DNA of 64,000 nucleotides. Source: Methanocaldococcus indicus. Lineage in GTDB: Archaea; AGJL01; Methanococci; Methanococcales; Methanocaldococcaceae. The stretch's first letter is position 1; every line of letters starts with the position of its first letter. A program made the translations under genes and the position numbers. The notes beneath the pieces are model-generated. The model made no database searches. It was not told where the DNA came from and worked only from the letters and a program-made list of their open reading frames with translations. Of this stretch, positions 21,644-33,115 are shown piece after piece. The stretch spans positions 672,001-736,000 of the forward strand of contig NZ_CP186926.1 of the NCBI RefSeq assembly GCF_049554935.1, in the 5' to 3' direction.

Positions 21644-22213
21644 TTACTCAAAAACAATATTCTTTTCAATTTCACAATTTAAAGTATTGTTGATTAAACA
21701 TTTTTTAGAACCTTCTAAAATCAAATCTTTTAATTTTTCTTTATCAATATCATCATTAGTTTTCACATAGATATTTATAGTTATTTTTTTAATTTTCCCT
21801 TCTTCAAATGATTTCTCAACTTTTCCATCAACTTTTACCTTAGCATCAATATTGTTGGATTTTAATGTGTTACCAACAGCTATACAAATACATCCACATA
21901 ATCCAGATAAAAACAAGTCCATTGGGGATATTTTTTCTTTTATAGCACCTTTTCCTCCTTTTGAATGAATTTTTAGACCTTTAACATTTAATAGAGCTTC
22001 AAACATATCTATATATCTTGAATATATTTCTTTTTTCTCATCTTTATCAACAATTATATCAATAATCTTTGCTATAAACTCTTCTCTCTCATCTTCTGGA
22101 ATCTTATCTAAAAATTTTTGTAAAGCTAATGGTATCATTTTTGGCATCATCTTAGGAGCCATTTCTTCTGCCATTTCTGAATTCATCATTTCTATTATCA
22201 TTTCAGGGTTCAT
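21644..22213 (-). CDS. OsmC/Ohr-family protein with Met-rich N-terminal extension
   Basis: SPMDLFLSGLCGC and distal KKCLINNTL. ATG at 22213 follows AGGTGG. Confidence 0.8.
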   Translation of the reverse strand: MNPEMIIEMMNSEMAEEMAPKMMPKMIPLALQKFLDKIPEDEREEFIAKIIDIIVDKDEKKEIYSRYIDMFEALLNVKGLKIHSKGGKGAIKEKISPMDLFLSGLCGCICIAVGNTLKSNNIDAKVKVDGKVEKSFEEGKIKKITINIYVKTNDDIDKEKLKDLILEGSKKCLINNTLNCEIEKNIVFE

Positions 22214-22262
22214 TTTGCCACCTAAATATATTTTCACATACAGATAATATTATTTAAAAATA

Positions 22263-22316
22263 ATATTTATACCTTCCGATTAATCAATGAATTTTAATAT
22301 TTTTAAAAAATATTTA
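22263..22316. repeat. Direct repeat copy 2 (54 bp, promoter-containing)
   Basis: atatttataccttccgattaatcaatgaattttaatatttttaaaaaatattta. Minus strand reads ...cggaagg-TATAAATA (BRE-TATA). Confidence 0.92.
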
Positions 22317-22379
22317 TATATTCAAATTGTTAGATTAATATTAAAGACCATAAAATAGAAAAATAAAAAAAAATATATC

Positions 22380-23441
22380 TTAATTTATAATAATTTTAAT
22401 ACTATCATAAACAGCATTTATAATATAATCATCACTTAATCTATCTGCATCTTTTGAAGTTAAGTCTATTCTTAAACTTTTACTTGCTCCTATTGAGCCA
22501 GCAACAGTTATAGTTATGATTCCATATCTTTCCAATAAATAAAAACCTGCTTCAACTAATTTTTTTTCATTGTCTTTATTGGATATTTTTTTTATTACAA
22601 AACCTGTTGGAGTCCTTTCATATACTATATTTAAAGAGTCAAATTTAGATAAATCTATATTCTTGGCTCTTTCAAAGGCCTTTTTTAACCTTTCTAAGCT
22701 AAAATTTTCTAATGCCCTATACATTCCTGCTAATATTGGAGGTTGTGCTTCTAACCCATATTTTAGCCCTTCCTCATATATCTTATCAATTAATTCTTTT
22801 TTTCCTGCTAATAACCCTCCTCTTGGTCCTTCCATTAATTTATCTGTACTTGTAACAACTAAATCAGCTCCTAAATCCCATGCTCTTGGTTGATTATATA
22901 ATAATCTTGCCCTTGCACCAGAAGCATCATCTACAAAAACTAAACTATCTTTTTCTTTTGCTATTGAAATAGCTTTCTTAAACTTTTCAAGCTCTAAAAT
23001 TTTTAAGTCCATTGTAGATGGAGTTATAACAGTTAGTGTATCTTTATCAACTTCTTTTAAAATATTAATATTTGAGGATTCAACATATTCAGAATCTATT
23101 AATTTACATGCCCTTTTAATAGATGGATGTCCAGGAAGTTCTGGAAGGTAATGCACTACTTTTTTAGGTTTTAGGGCTAAGATGGTTGCCAATATTGCTG
23201 AGCTTGTTCTGTTAAAAGCTACACACTCCTCTCCACCTAAATGCTTCAAACCCAGTTCTTTAACTTTTTCAGAAAAGTAAGAAGAGCCAATATATGTATT
23301 TAGTAAATCTTTATCTTCCTCTTTAATTAAAAATCCTCCTGATAATCCACTTAAATCATATAAATGCTCCCTTCCTTTCTCTTTTAAAATTTTTAATATA
23401 AGATTTTTAGCTCTTTTAATTCTATCCAGCTCCACAAGCAT
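22380..23441 (-). CDS. SelA-like PLP-dependent enzyme (MJ0158/TIGR03576 type)
   Basis: [29 protein letters not shown] and [12 protein letters not shown] (PLP lysine). Confidence 0.85.
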   Translation of the reverse strand: MLVELDRIKRAKNLILKILKEKGREHLYDLSGLSGGFLIKEEDKDLLNTYIGSSYFSEKVKELGLKHLGGEECVAFNRTSSAILATILALKPKKVVHYLPELPGHPSIKRACKLIDSEYVESSNINILKEVDKDTLTVITPSTMDLKILELEKFKKAISIAKEKDSLVFVDDASGARARLLYNQPRAWDLGADLVVTSTDKLMEGPRGGLLAGKKELIDKIYEEGLKYGLEAQPPILAGMYRALENFSLERLKKAFERAKNIDLSKFDSLNIVYERTPTGFVIKKISNKDNEKKLVEAGFYLLERYGIITITVAGSIGASKSLRIDLTSKDADRLSDDYIINAVYDSIKIIIN

Positions 23442-23676
23442 CCCCAAAGTCCTCTATGTCTAATGATTCCTCCTCTTCTTCAATTTTAATCTCTTCTTTT
23501 TTCTTTTCTTCTCTTTTAATTTTATCTATCTTTCTTAGTAAATATGGTTTATATAATAAATCATTATCTAATAAAACCCAAATTTCTCCATCAATCTCTT
23601 TTATATCTACAACTCTTCCCTTAGTTCCAGTGTTAATATAAACAACATAATCTCCTGGTTTAAAATCAACTTCCAT
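23422..23676 (-). CDS. DUF2098-family small protein
   Basis: [15 protein letters not shown]...WVLLD.DLLY SH3-like core, acidic tail ending CGAG. Confidence 0.75.
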   Translation of the reverse strand: MEVDFKPGDYVVYINTGTKGRVVDIKEIDGEIWVLLDNDLLYKPYLLRKIDKIKREEKKKEEIKIEEEEESLDIEDFGDACGAG

Positions 23677-23686
23677 AATAGCTCAC

Positions 23687-24397
23687 CTAAAGATATCTTA
23701 ATATACCAACATGGTAATCTAAGATTACATTAAAATATCTCAATAAAAATTTTTTTACTTTATCATCTTCTACATATAAATATAGTATAACCTTTTTAGT
23801 ATCTTCTTTTTTAATTATCTTTAAGCAGGTTTTTATTTCATTATTTACCTCTACATCTTCAAATTCAATAGACTTTATATTTGATGAAATATCATACTCA
23901 TTACTATCTGTTTTTACAACTATTTTATTAATAACTTTTGTTATAAAGTTTTCTTTTATTTTTTCATCAACAATTTTGATATATCCTTTTTCCCACTTTC
24001 CATCAGCAGCCTTAATTAAAATTTCTTTATCATCTAAAAGTATAGAAAATAATTTTTTCAAAAAAGCTTCAATAGGTTTCTTTCCATATATTGATGTTTC
24101 TGGAATAAAAGCCAACATTTTAGAAGAAGTTTCATCATGATATGTTATAGTACCATATACACTTAAATCAATTGTAAATTTTGATTTTTCTATAACTTCA
24201 TCAGGTAGTGGCTCACCAATATCTACAATTTTATCTAATTCAATAGAAAATTTATTAGTGCCTAATTCAACATCAATTTTGTTGTCATATAGTTTCATTT
24301 CTAATTTTTCCCATCTTATAATAGGATATTGTAAAATTTCTGGAGTTACTATTAAGCCTTTTCCTGAGAATGTTGCCAACATAATATAATCCCTCAT
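23687..24397 (-). CDS. CheF-like (DUF439) protein / hypothetical
   Basis: Two repeated beta-rich segments (RWEKLEM..., KWEKGYIK...) reminiscent of archaeal CheF. Weak recall only. Confidence 0.45.
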   Translation of the reverse strand: MRDYIMLATFSGKGLIVTPEILQYPIIRWEKLEMKLYDNKIDVELGTNKFSIELDKIVDIGEPLPDEVIEKSKFTIDLSVYGTITYHDETSSKMLAFIPETSIYGKKPIEAFLKKLFSILLDDKEILIKAADGKWEKGYIKIVDEKIKENFITKVINKIVVKTDSNEYDISSNIKSIEFEDVEVNNEIKTCLKIIKKEDTKKVILYLYVEDDKVKKFLLRYFNVILDYHVGILRYL

Positions 24398-24557
24398 TAG
24401 AAATTTTCTAATTTAACAATTTTAATATTATTAAATAAAAACTTTAACTTAGAGTTGTGTAAAAATTTGAAAATATTTGCACATAAATAACTATTTATAG
24501 TATAAAAAATAAATATTTTTGTGAGCAATGTGCTCTTAAATAATTATGGTGAATTAA

Positions 24558-24791
24558 ATGTTTAAAAATAATAAAGGAAGTAATAGAAAGTTTGAAAATA
24601 GAAATATCCCTGTTAAAGAAGGAGAAACTTATTCTGTAACTATTGAGGATATTGGAAAAGGTGGAGATGGAATAGCAAGAGTTGAAGGTTTTGTTGTATT
24701 TGTCCCTGAAACACAAAAAGGAGATAAAGTAAATGTAAAAATAAAATCAGTTAAAAATAAATTTGCATTTGGAGAAAAAGTAGAACAATAA
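24558..24791 (+). CDS. Single TRAM-domain RNA-binding protein
   Basis: PVKEGETYSVTIEDIGKGGDGIARVEGFVVFVP...FAFG. Confidence 0.93.
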   Translation: MFKNNKGSNRKFENRNIPVKEGETYSVTIEDIGKGGDGIARVEGFVVFVPETQKGDKVNVKIKSVKNKFAFGEKVEQ

Positions 24792-24804
24792 AATTTTATA
24801 ATTT

Positions 24805-25056
24805 TTATTTTATATTTCCTATTTTAAAAGCTAATAATATCCAAACTATCATTAATAAAAAGATTAACAAGCTTATAATAATTAAATAAGGAGAATTTCC
24901 AAATACTATTGGTATTGGTCCAATAAATATAATTCCAGAATATTCAATATTTTCATTTTTTTCAACATTTTTATCTGGAATAATCATTCCCAGAGTTATT
25001 AAAAAGAATCCTAAAAAAATTAAAAATATCCCTAAAAATATTAATATTGGTTTCAT
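24805..25056 (-). CDS. DUF131/TIGR00304 family membrane protein
   Basis: Two TM helices flanking GIIFIGPIPIVFG. Confidence 0.82.
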   Translation of the reverse strand: MKPILIFLGIFLIFLGFFLITLGMIIPDKNVEKNENIEYSGIIFIGPIPIVFGNSPYLIIISLLIFLLMIVWILLAFKIGNIK

Positions 25057-25081
25057 AATTAATCACATTTTAAAATATAAA

Positions 25082-26578
<1,497 letters not shown>

Positions 26579-26652
26579 CTATCCTTTTAAGCTATATTTA
26601 GAAAAGAGATATATAAAACTTACTTTATCATTAAATTTCAAAAAATGAATAT

Positions 26653-28056
26653 TTAATACATAACTTTCCATTTTCTTGTTAAATGTATAGCTTTTGTAGG
26701 GCATATATTATAACAAGCCCCACAGAATATACATTTCTCTAAATCAATATTTCCATTGTCTATACACTCTTGAGGACATACTTTATTACATATACTACAC
26801 TTTATACATAGTGATAAATCTGTCCAGATAAAGCTTTTTTCTCTATCAACAACTTTCTTATATCCTGTTGTGTTAGGAATTACATCCTTAGGACAGTGAA
26901 TAGCACAACTTTCACAAGCTATACAGTCCTTTGTAAAAATTATTTCTTTATTAGCTCTATCAATGACTATTGCATCTTTTGGACAAACATTACCACAAGT
27001 TCCACACAATATACAATTTTCATCCTTTATAACATCAAATTTTACATAATCTATTTTTATTGCCTCAGTTGGACAGTTGTTTATACAAATCTCACAAAGA
27101 GAACATCCTCCTATAATATAATCTAATTTCTCTCTTCTGACATCATTAGGACATATTTCAATACATTTATAACATTTTATACATAAGTCAGGAGAGTATA
27201 GAAGTTTTCCATCAATGAATTTTAGAGCTTTAACTGAACAAACTTCTGCACATAATCCACAGTTTATACAGTATGTTATTGGCTTTATACTTTTATTGTT
27301 CTTTATTTTATTAACTTTAAAGTTATATACCCTCAAAACTTTTGGAGGGCATTTATATACACATTCAAAACAAAGAATACAATTATCATTTACTTCTCCA
27401 TACTCAATGGCATTTTTTGGACAAACTTCCATACATATATTACATAAAGTACAATAATTTACATTTTTTGGAATTATTGTATCTCTTGGACATAGATATG
27501 AACATCTTAAACAGCCAATACATTTATCTTTATCTATTTTGATGCTCTTTCTTTTTACTTCTTTTATTTCAATCTCTTTAATTTCACCAATTTTTATATT
27601 AAAAACTTTTTCTAATGCTTTTAAGTATCTATCAGCATGAGAATTTCTCTTCTTAAATAATAGTTGATAGGAGCTTATTTTTGCTTTATAGGGGCATACT
27701 TCAACACATGCACCACACATAGAACAAATTCCTAATGGATAAGCCCCATCTTTATCTTTAACAATCTCTATTATTCCAATAGGACAAGCATTTGCACATA
27801 ATCCACATCCATTACATCTCCTTCTATCAACATAATAACCTCCAAATTCATTCTTTTTAATTGCCTTGTTAGGACAAACTCTTGCACATTCTCCACAAGT
27901 TAAGCATGAAAAACTCTTGTATTGCCCATTATATTTTATTAACTTTATAGCTTTTGTAGGACATGCCTCAATACACTTAGATGTTTTTTTGTAAAAAGGG
28001 CAACTTTCACATTTTTTAATATCTGGCCTGCATCTATCCAATATTGTTATAATCAT
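26653..28056 (-). CDS. ehbK: Polyferredoxin, EhbK-like (about 14 [4Fe-4S] motifs)
   Basis: 13 canonical CxxCxxCxxxC motifs plus one irregular N-terminal motif. Downstream of an EhbJ-like membrane gene. Confidence 0.75.
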   Translation of the reverse strand: MIITILDRCRPDIKKCESCPFYKKTSKCIEACPTKAIKLIKYNGQYKSFSCLTCGECARVCPNKAIKKNEFGGYYVDRRRCNGCGLCANACPIGIIEIVKDKDGAYPLGICSMCGACVEVCPYKAKISSYQLLFKKRNSHADRYLKALEKVFNIKIGEIKEIEIKEVKRKSIKIDKDKCIGCLRCSYLCPRDTIIPKNVNYCTLCNICMEVCPKNAIEYGEVNDNCILCFECVYKCPPKVLRVYNFKVNKIKNNKSIKPITYCINCGLCAEVCSVKALKFIDGKLLYSPDLCIKCYKCIEICPNDVRREKLDYIIGGCSLCEICINNCPTEAIKIDYVKFDVIKDENCILCGTCGNVCPKDAIVIDRANKEIIFTKDCIACESCAIHCPKDVIPNTTGYKKVVDREKSFIWTDLSLCIKCSICNKVCPQECIDNGNIDLEKCIFCGACYNICPTKAIHLTRKWKVMY

Positions 28057-28282
28057 AATGTTCCCTTCTTAAAACTCTATTACCAAAAAATATACCTAAA
28101 ATAGCAAATACAAACTCAAAAGATAATGGTAAGTTGTAGTATGGAAATGCTCCTAAGAACTTAGCTATTATAATTGAGATGATAAGATAGCTTAAAAAAT
28201 GCTTTAATTTGTATCTATATCTATATCCAACAATAACCCCTAATAAAAATGCTAATATTGATGGATAAAATAAACTAATCAT
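28034..28282 (-). CDS. ehbJ: Energy-converting hydrogenase B subunit J-like membrane protein
   Basis: Three short TM helices, LGAFPYY..PL motif and G..LG...G.R pattern. ATG 28282 follows AGGGGGA. Confidence 0.6.
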   Translation of the reverse strand: MISLFYPSILAFLLGVIVGYRYRYKLKHFLSYLIISIIIAKFLGAFPYYNLPLSFEFVFAILGIFFGNRVLRREHYDYNNIG

Positions 28283-28419
28283 AGTATATCCCCCTAAAAC
28301 TATCATTATTAATAATGACAAATTATTATAAAATAGTTTTTGTTTTTATTTACATTATTGCAAAAAATAAATATATGAATAATTGAATTATAGTAAAATT
28401 TATATACTACTTCTAAATA

Positions 28420-28448
28420 ATAATTGTGTATAAATAACACACAACTAT
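28420..28448. promoter_or_regulatory. Inverted repeat downstream of TATA box (candidate operator)
   Basis: ataattgtgt-N9-acacaactat (1 mismatch), 13 nt downstream of TTTATATA (28399-28406) and upstream of the tusA-dsrE RBS. Confidence 0.45.
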
Positions 28449-28462
28449 AAACAGGTGATAGA

Positions 28463-29275
28463 ATGATAAAATTTAGTGTAAAAGGATTAAGAAATCCAGA
28501 AATATTGTTAGATTTAGTTTTAAGAATGAATAAAGATGAAGATTTAATAATTGTTGAGGCAGATAATGAAAACATTGATAAGTTAAAAGAATATTTAGAA
28601 AAGAACAACTTAAATTATGATATTGATGGAAATACTGTTAAGATATTTGCAAAAGAAATTAAGGCAAATAAAACTGTTAATGTTGTTGGTGCTACATGTC
28701 CAGGACCAATTATGATTGTCTCTGATATGTTAGAGAAGATGAAAGTTGGTGAAATATTAGAAATAGTTTGTGGAGAGAATGCTATAACAGATTTAACTGA
28801 AGGTTTGAAAGGAGCAGGACATGAAATATTAAAAGTTGAGAAAGAAGGAGATACATATAAAATATATATAAGAAAAGGAGAAAAGAAAAAAGAAGAAATT
28901 AAAAGTATTGATATAGATGAGCTCTTTATTATAAACACAACTGGAACAGGTAATGCTGAAAGAGCATATTCAACATTTATGATGGCTGATATAGCTTTAA
29001 AGATGGGACTAAAACCAACTATATTCTTAATGTTAGATGGAGCAAGTTTAGCATTAAAAGGAGAATGTGATAAAGTTAAACATCCTGCATTTCCTAAATT
29101 AGGAGATTTAGTAAGAGATGTTATTAAAAAAGGAGTTAAAGTATATGTATGTGAGTTAAGTGCAGAATTTAGAGGTATAAATAAAAATAACTTAGAAGAT
29201 GGCTTTATTATTGCAGGAGCTCCAACTTTCTTAAACTACTTAAGAAAACCAAATGTTAGACCAGTATGGTTATAA
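28463..29275 (+). CDS. TusA(-like)-TusA-DsrE fusion sulfur carrier protein
   Basis: Degenerate TusA (GLRNPE), intact TusA (GATCPGP), then DsrE (IFLMLDGA...VYVCELSAEFRG). Confidence 0.82.
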   Translation: MIKFSVKGLRNPEILLDLVLRMNKDEDLIIVEADNENIDKLKEYLEKNNLNYDIDGNTVKIFAKEIKANKTVNVVGATCPGPIMIVSDMLEKMKVGEILEIVCGENAITDLTEGLKGAGHEILKVEKEGDTYKIYIRKGEKKKEEIKSIDIDELFIINTTGTGNAERAYSTFMMADIALKMGLKPTIFLMLDGASLALKGECDKVKHPAFPKLGDLVRDVIKKGVKVYVCELSAEFRGINKNNLEDGFIIAGAPTFLNYLRKPNVRPVWL

Positions 29276-29293
29276 AATTTTGTGTGAAATATT

Positions 29294-29731
29294 ATGACTA
29301 AAAAGATAGACCCTTTATTTGTATCTGCTTTATATTATGGAATAAACAAAGGAATTAATAATATAATAGGTAGTGGTGGAAAAGTTTTAGGTAGAATTGT
29401 AAGTAAAGAAATTATTACATTTCTTGAAGAGTTTGGAATTAAAAATGTTGATATAAAAAAGCTTTTTACTGAAATTTTTGGATTAGCTGAAGATTTAAAA
29501 ATTGTTGAAGATGATGAAAAAGTAATATTTACAGTTGTTAATCCAACATTAAAAGAATTTTTAAAGAAAAGTATGGAAGAGAAAATTCAGTTATATATTT
29601 GCCCATTTATTCATCTACTTTCTGAATTATACTCCAAAGATAAAGATTATAAATTAATGCTCCTAAATGTTGAGCCTATAAGTGAGAATGAAGTAAATCT
29701 AATATTTAAAAAGGTGAAGCGTAATGAATGA
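29294..29731 (+). CDS. Hypothetical protein, V4R/H-NOX-like fold suspected
   Basis: G..GKVLGR helix pattern and ICPF motif. Co-oriented with tusA-dsrE. Confidence 0.5.
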   Translation: MTKKIDPLFVSALYYGINKGINNIIGSGGKVLGRIVSKEIITFLEEFGIKNVDIKKLFTEIFGLAEDLKIVEDDEKVIFTVVNPTLKEFLKKSMEEKIQLYICPFIHLLSELYSKDKDYKLMLLNVEPISENEVNLIFKKVKRNE

Positions 29732-30053
29732 GATAATATTTATAGTATCACTATCTGTTATCTTTGGAGCTATGCTTTCTGGTTTTGCAATATTTAGAAT
29801 GACTGGAATGAGGTTAATGGCTCATTTCATATCTTTGATATTAGCATTTATAGTAACATTGGGATATCTTATTATAAAAAATGATGTAGTTGGATACTTA
29901 GCTATACTTTTACAAATAATTTCAGTTATAACAATCTGTCCAACAATTTGTAATATACTAAAAACTCAGTTTCAAAATACAGCTATCTACTCTACTCAGC
30001 TATCATTAATGGGGATGTTATTAATTTTGGCTATTTCCTCCATTTTCTTCTAA
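29724..30053 (+). CDS. Hypothetical 4-TM membrane protein (methanogen-specific)
   Basis: Hydrophobic ORF overlapping the previous stop, GGTGA RBS, FRMTGMRLMAHF motif. Confidence 0.6.
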   Translation: MNEIIFIVSLSVIFGAMLSGFAIFRMTGMRLMAHFISLILAFIVTLGYLIIKNDVVGYLAILLQIISVITICPTICNILKTQFQNTAIYSTQLSLMGMLLILAISSIFF

Positions 30054-30482
30054 ACTTTTTAAGAAGTGTGCTATTTTATTAACAACTATTTCAGCCTCTT
30101 CTTCATTTCTTGGATATCTAACTCTTAATGTAGGAATATTTTTTCTTTTTATTAGATATAGAGTTAGTTCATTGGTTCTTGCACATCCTATACAACCAAA
30201 AGCTATTGGAGTATCATCCATTATTATAGCTGCTTCTGCTGCATCTATCAACGGCCCTATTAATGCCATTCTTCCTCTAACTCCAGATGGAACCTCAACA
30301 GCAGCATATTTTAGTCCTTTTTTTGGTTCTTCATCAGTTATATTCATTGGTGGGCTATCTATCTCAGGATTTCTTACTAAACCTCCAACAATTGTTTGTA
30401 AAGTTAAAGGTTTATGTCCAAATCTTTCAACTAAATCAGTTAATATTAAACTATTTGGTGGGTAAATAAATACTTTTTTCAA
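30021..30482 (-). CDS. Methanogenesis marker protein 5 (DUF2112)
   Basis: [40 protein letters not shown] and [12 protein letters not shown]. Confidence 0.9.
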   Translation of the reverse strand: MKKVFIYPPNSLILTDLVERFGHKPLTLQTIVGGLVRNPEIDSPPMNITDEEPKKGLKYAAVEVPSGVRGRMALIGPLIDAAEAAIIMDDTPIAFGCIGCARTNELTLYLIKRKNIPTLRVRYPRNEEEAEIVVNKIAHFLKSLEENGGNSQN

Positions 30483-31876
30483 TCTTTCACCTTTTTAATC
30501 CATCTTTCTAAATTATCTAAAAAGTTGTCTTTACTATTGTCACTATCAATTTCTCTATTGTTATTAAAATCTAACTTAGGAATATCTATTGTTAAATTTA
30601 TATTTAAAGCTTTTTTACAAAATTCATCATAATCAATCTCTACCTCAGGAATTAGCCCCCTTTTTTCTTCTGCTATTTTTTCAACATAATAAAGTTTTAT
30701 ATTATATTTCTTAGCTAAATTTTTTAGCTTATTAAATAATTCTATGTTATAAACTTTATTTAATATAATTCCCTCAACTTTTAACCCAATAGATTTTAAA
30801 AAGAAATATTGATTTAAAGCTGAAAAGAAAGCACCTTCAATTCCTTCCAAATTGCAACTACTAACAATATATATAGGAAAATTAAGTTTTTTGGCAATTT
30901 GATATGAAGAAATATTTTTCAAAGCTCCTGTAAAAGAACCCATAACTCCCTCAACAATGAAGAATTTATAATTAGATTTTTTTACAAAATCTAAAAATTC
31001 TTCTACTTTAACCCAACCTCTCTCTCCTAACTTTATACTTCTATATTTATCCATCTTATCTCTTAGTATATACAAAGAAGGAACAATGTCCCTTACATCT
31101 CCTCCAATTTTGGCAACATATACATCTTTTAATTTTGATGATATAGATGTTGTTAAAAATGTTTTTCCAGAATTTGATGAAGTTGATAATAAAATAATTC
31201 CTCTTTTTTCTTTACTTTCTATCTTTTTTACTTTATTAGATAGTGCTCTTCTTTTTAGTTCTCTTCTAATTTTTTCATTTTCTTTAAATATTTCCTCTCT
31301 CTCATTGTATAGTCCTATATACTTTAAAAACTCATCTCTTAAATGTGGATTATCTAAATAATTATGAATCAAAGTTCCAAAAACTCTCCCATTATAAACT
31401 CCTGAAACAATTTCTTTCTCATTAAATTTATAGTTAAGTTTTTGCACATAAGAAACTGTAAAAACTTTATCTTTTCCAACTTTAACATTTCCATAAGTAT
31501 GACAGTGAAATCCCTCTCCTTCTCCAAAAATACTTTTAAATCTAACTCTATCAGTGCAAACTAATGGGGAAAATTCAACATCCAAAAGATTCAAACCTTC
31601 CCTAATTATAGGAATTGGGCTCTTCCTACCAATATCTATTTTTTTTCCTAAAAGTTGAAATCCACTACAAACTCCAAAGATATATCCATCAAAGTTAATA
31701 ATCTCTTTCTTTATCTCTTCTCTTAAACCACTCTCTATTAAAGAACCTCCTGGAATTATTAACAATTCTAAATCTTTGATTTCTTTATAGTTATTTTCGT
31801 CTATTATCTTTGTAGGAAGATTACCAAAATCCTCAAAACATGGAAGAGAACCTTTAACATCTAAAATTCCAATCAT
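30479..31876 (-). CDS. CobB/CobQ-like amidotransferase with N-terminal GATase and C-terminal P-loop domain
   Basis: [16 protein letters not shown] and GTLIH (class I GATase), followed by [16 protein letters not shown] and GIILNKV (CbiA/DTBS-like). Confidence 0.8.
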   Translation of the reverse strand: MIGILDVKGSLPCFEDFGNLPTKIIDENNYKEIKDLELLIIPGGSLIESGLREEIKKEIINFDGYIFGVCSGFQLLGKKIDIGRKSPIPIIREGLNLLDVEFSPLVCTDRVRFKSIFGEGEGFHCHTYGNVKVGKDKVFTVSYVQKLNYKFNEKEIVSGVYNGRVFGTLIHNYLDNPHLRDEFLKYIGLYNEREEIFKENEKIRRELKRRALSNKVKKIESKEKRGIILLSTSSNSGKTFLTTSISSKLKDVYVAKIGGDVRDIVPSLYILRDKMDKYRSIKLGERGWVKVEEFLDFVKKSNYKFFIVEGVMGSFTGALKNISSYQIAKKLNFPIYIVSSCNLEGIEGAFFSALNQYFFLKSIGLKVEGIILNKVYNIELFNKLKNLAKKYNIKLYYVEKIAEEKRGLIPEVEIDYDEFCKKALNINLTIDIPKLDFNNNREIDSDNSKDNFLDNLERWIKKVKD

Positions 31877-32122
31877 TTACTCATCAACTCTTTGAGTCCT
31901 TCTAACAGTAAAGGCAAACAATGTTGGGAGGATAGCACATCCTAAAATAGCAGAGGTTAGAGCTACATCAGGAGCTAATAATGCATAATATAAATAAGCC
32001 ATACATAAACCAACAAATCCAGACAATATAATACATTTAATTAAATCTTTTTGTAATAGGGAGGCTAAACTTGCGAGTATTGCTAAGATTATAACAATAT
32101 AGTTAATAATTTCCATATCCAT
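31877..32122 (-). CDS. Ehb subunit D-like / MbhD (DUF4040) membrane protein
   Basis: KDL..CII...LLAPDVALT.AI.G motif. Confidence 0.75.
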   Translation of the reverse strand: MDMEIINYIVIILAILASLASLLQKDLIKCIILSGFVGLCMAYLYYALLAPDVALTSAILGCAILPTLFAFTVRRTQRVDE

Positions 32123-33114
32123 CACTTACTTAGTTTTTGTTTGATAATTATATAGGATATATATCCTAAAAGTGTTGGTATAATATATGATATAAACCTA
32201 TCTAATATATTTATAACTGCTGCTACATCTGTTGGAATATTAAATGCTGAAAATCCAGCTATCATAACAGCATCTGCTGAACCTAATCCAGCAGGAGTTA
32301 CTGATATAACTCCTGTTAATAAAACCAATAAATATACTGTTGCTACTACAACAAACTTAACATAATAAGGAATTGCTAAAAAATATAGGTACATCTTAAA
32401 TATATCAACAACATACCAAAGAACAGATAAAAATAAAGAAATATATAGCTCTAATTTATGCTTGTTCTTCTTTAAAAAATTTATTCCATTATAAAAATCA
32501 TCTACTATCTTCTTTATCCTCTCTTCATCATAAACTAATGTTGTATATTTACATGCAAAATTATATATGGTTAAAGAAATCTTTAGTAGTAAATTTCTAT
32601 TTAATAAAATATATAAAATTGTTAGAGATAAAACCAATATAAATATCCACGAATACATTAGAAATTTTAAGTATTTAAAGCCATTTAGTAGAAAATAGAT
32701 AATAACTAAAAAAGAAGCTATTAAAAATATAGCAGTATCTAAAAATCTCTCTACAAATACAGTAGAATATGCAATACCTTTTGGTATATCTTCTAACTTT
32801 GATAGATAATAAGCTCTGAAAACCTCTCCACCACCTCTCATTGATGGAGTTAGATTGTTAATAAATTGTCCAAAAAGGACAGTTAAAAAAACATTTACAA
32901 ATTTTGGGCTATAACCTAATCCTCTAAATAAATAAATCCATCTATATGATAGAATAACTAAAACTAAAATTTGTAAGAATATAGCAGCAATAATATATTT
33001 TACATCTAACCTTAGAATAATGCTTATTATTTTCTCAATTCCAATATAATAAAACATTCCCAATAAAATTAATAATCCTAATAAAAAGCCAAATATCTTT
33101 TTAATCTTACCCAT
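32122..33114 (-). CDS. UPF0104 / lysylphosphatidylglycerol-synthase-like TM protein (putative flippase)
   Basis: RW, NNLTPSMRGGGEVFRAY, VERFLD, TPAGLG and R..SY motifs. Confidence 0.85.
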   Translation of the reverse strand: MGKIKKIFGFLLGLLILLGMFYYIGIEKIISIILRLDVKYIIAAIFLQILVLVILSYRWIYLFRGLGYSPKFVNVFLTVLFGQFINNLTPSMRGGGEVFRAYYLSKLEDIPKGIAYSTVFVERFLDTAIFLIASFLVIIYFLLNGFKYLKFLMYSWIFILVLSLTILYILLNRNLLLKISLTIYNFACKYTTLVYDEERIKKIVDDFYNGINFLKKNKHKLELYISLFLSVLWYVVDIFKMYLYFLAIPYYVKFVVVATVYLLVLLTGVISVTPAGLGSADAVMIAGFSAFNIPTDVAAVINILDRFISYIIPTLLGYISYIIIKQKLSK

Positions 33115-33115
33115 A

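Noticed and set aside
22246-22267. Perfect inverted repeat aatattattt-aa-aaataatatt downstream of the osmC TATA
   Set aside because: Entirely A/T and absent from the second promoter copy, so it cannot be distinguished from background.
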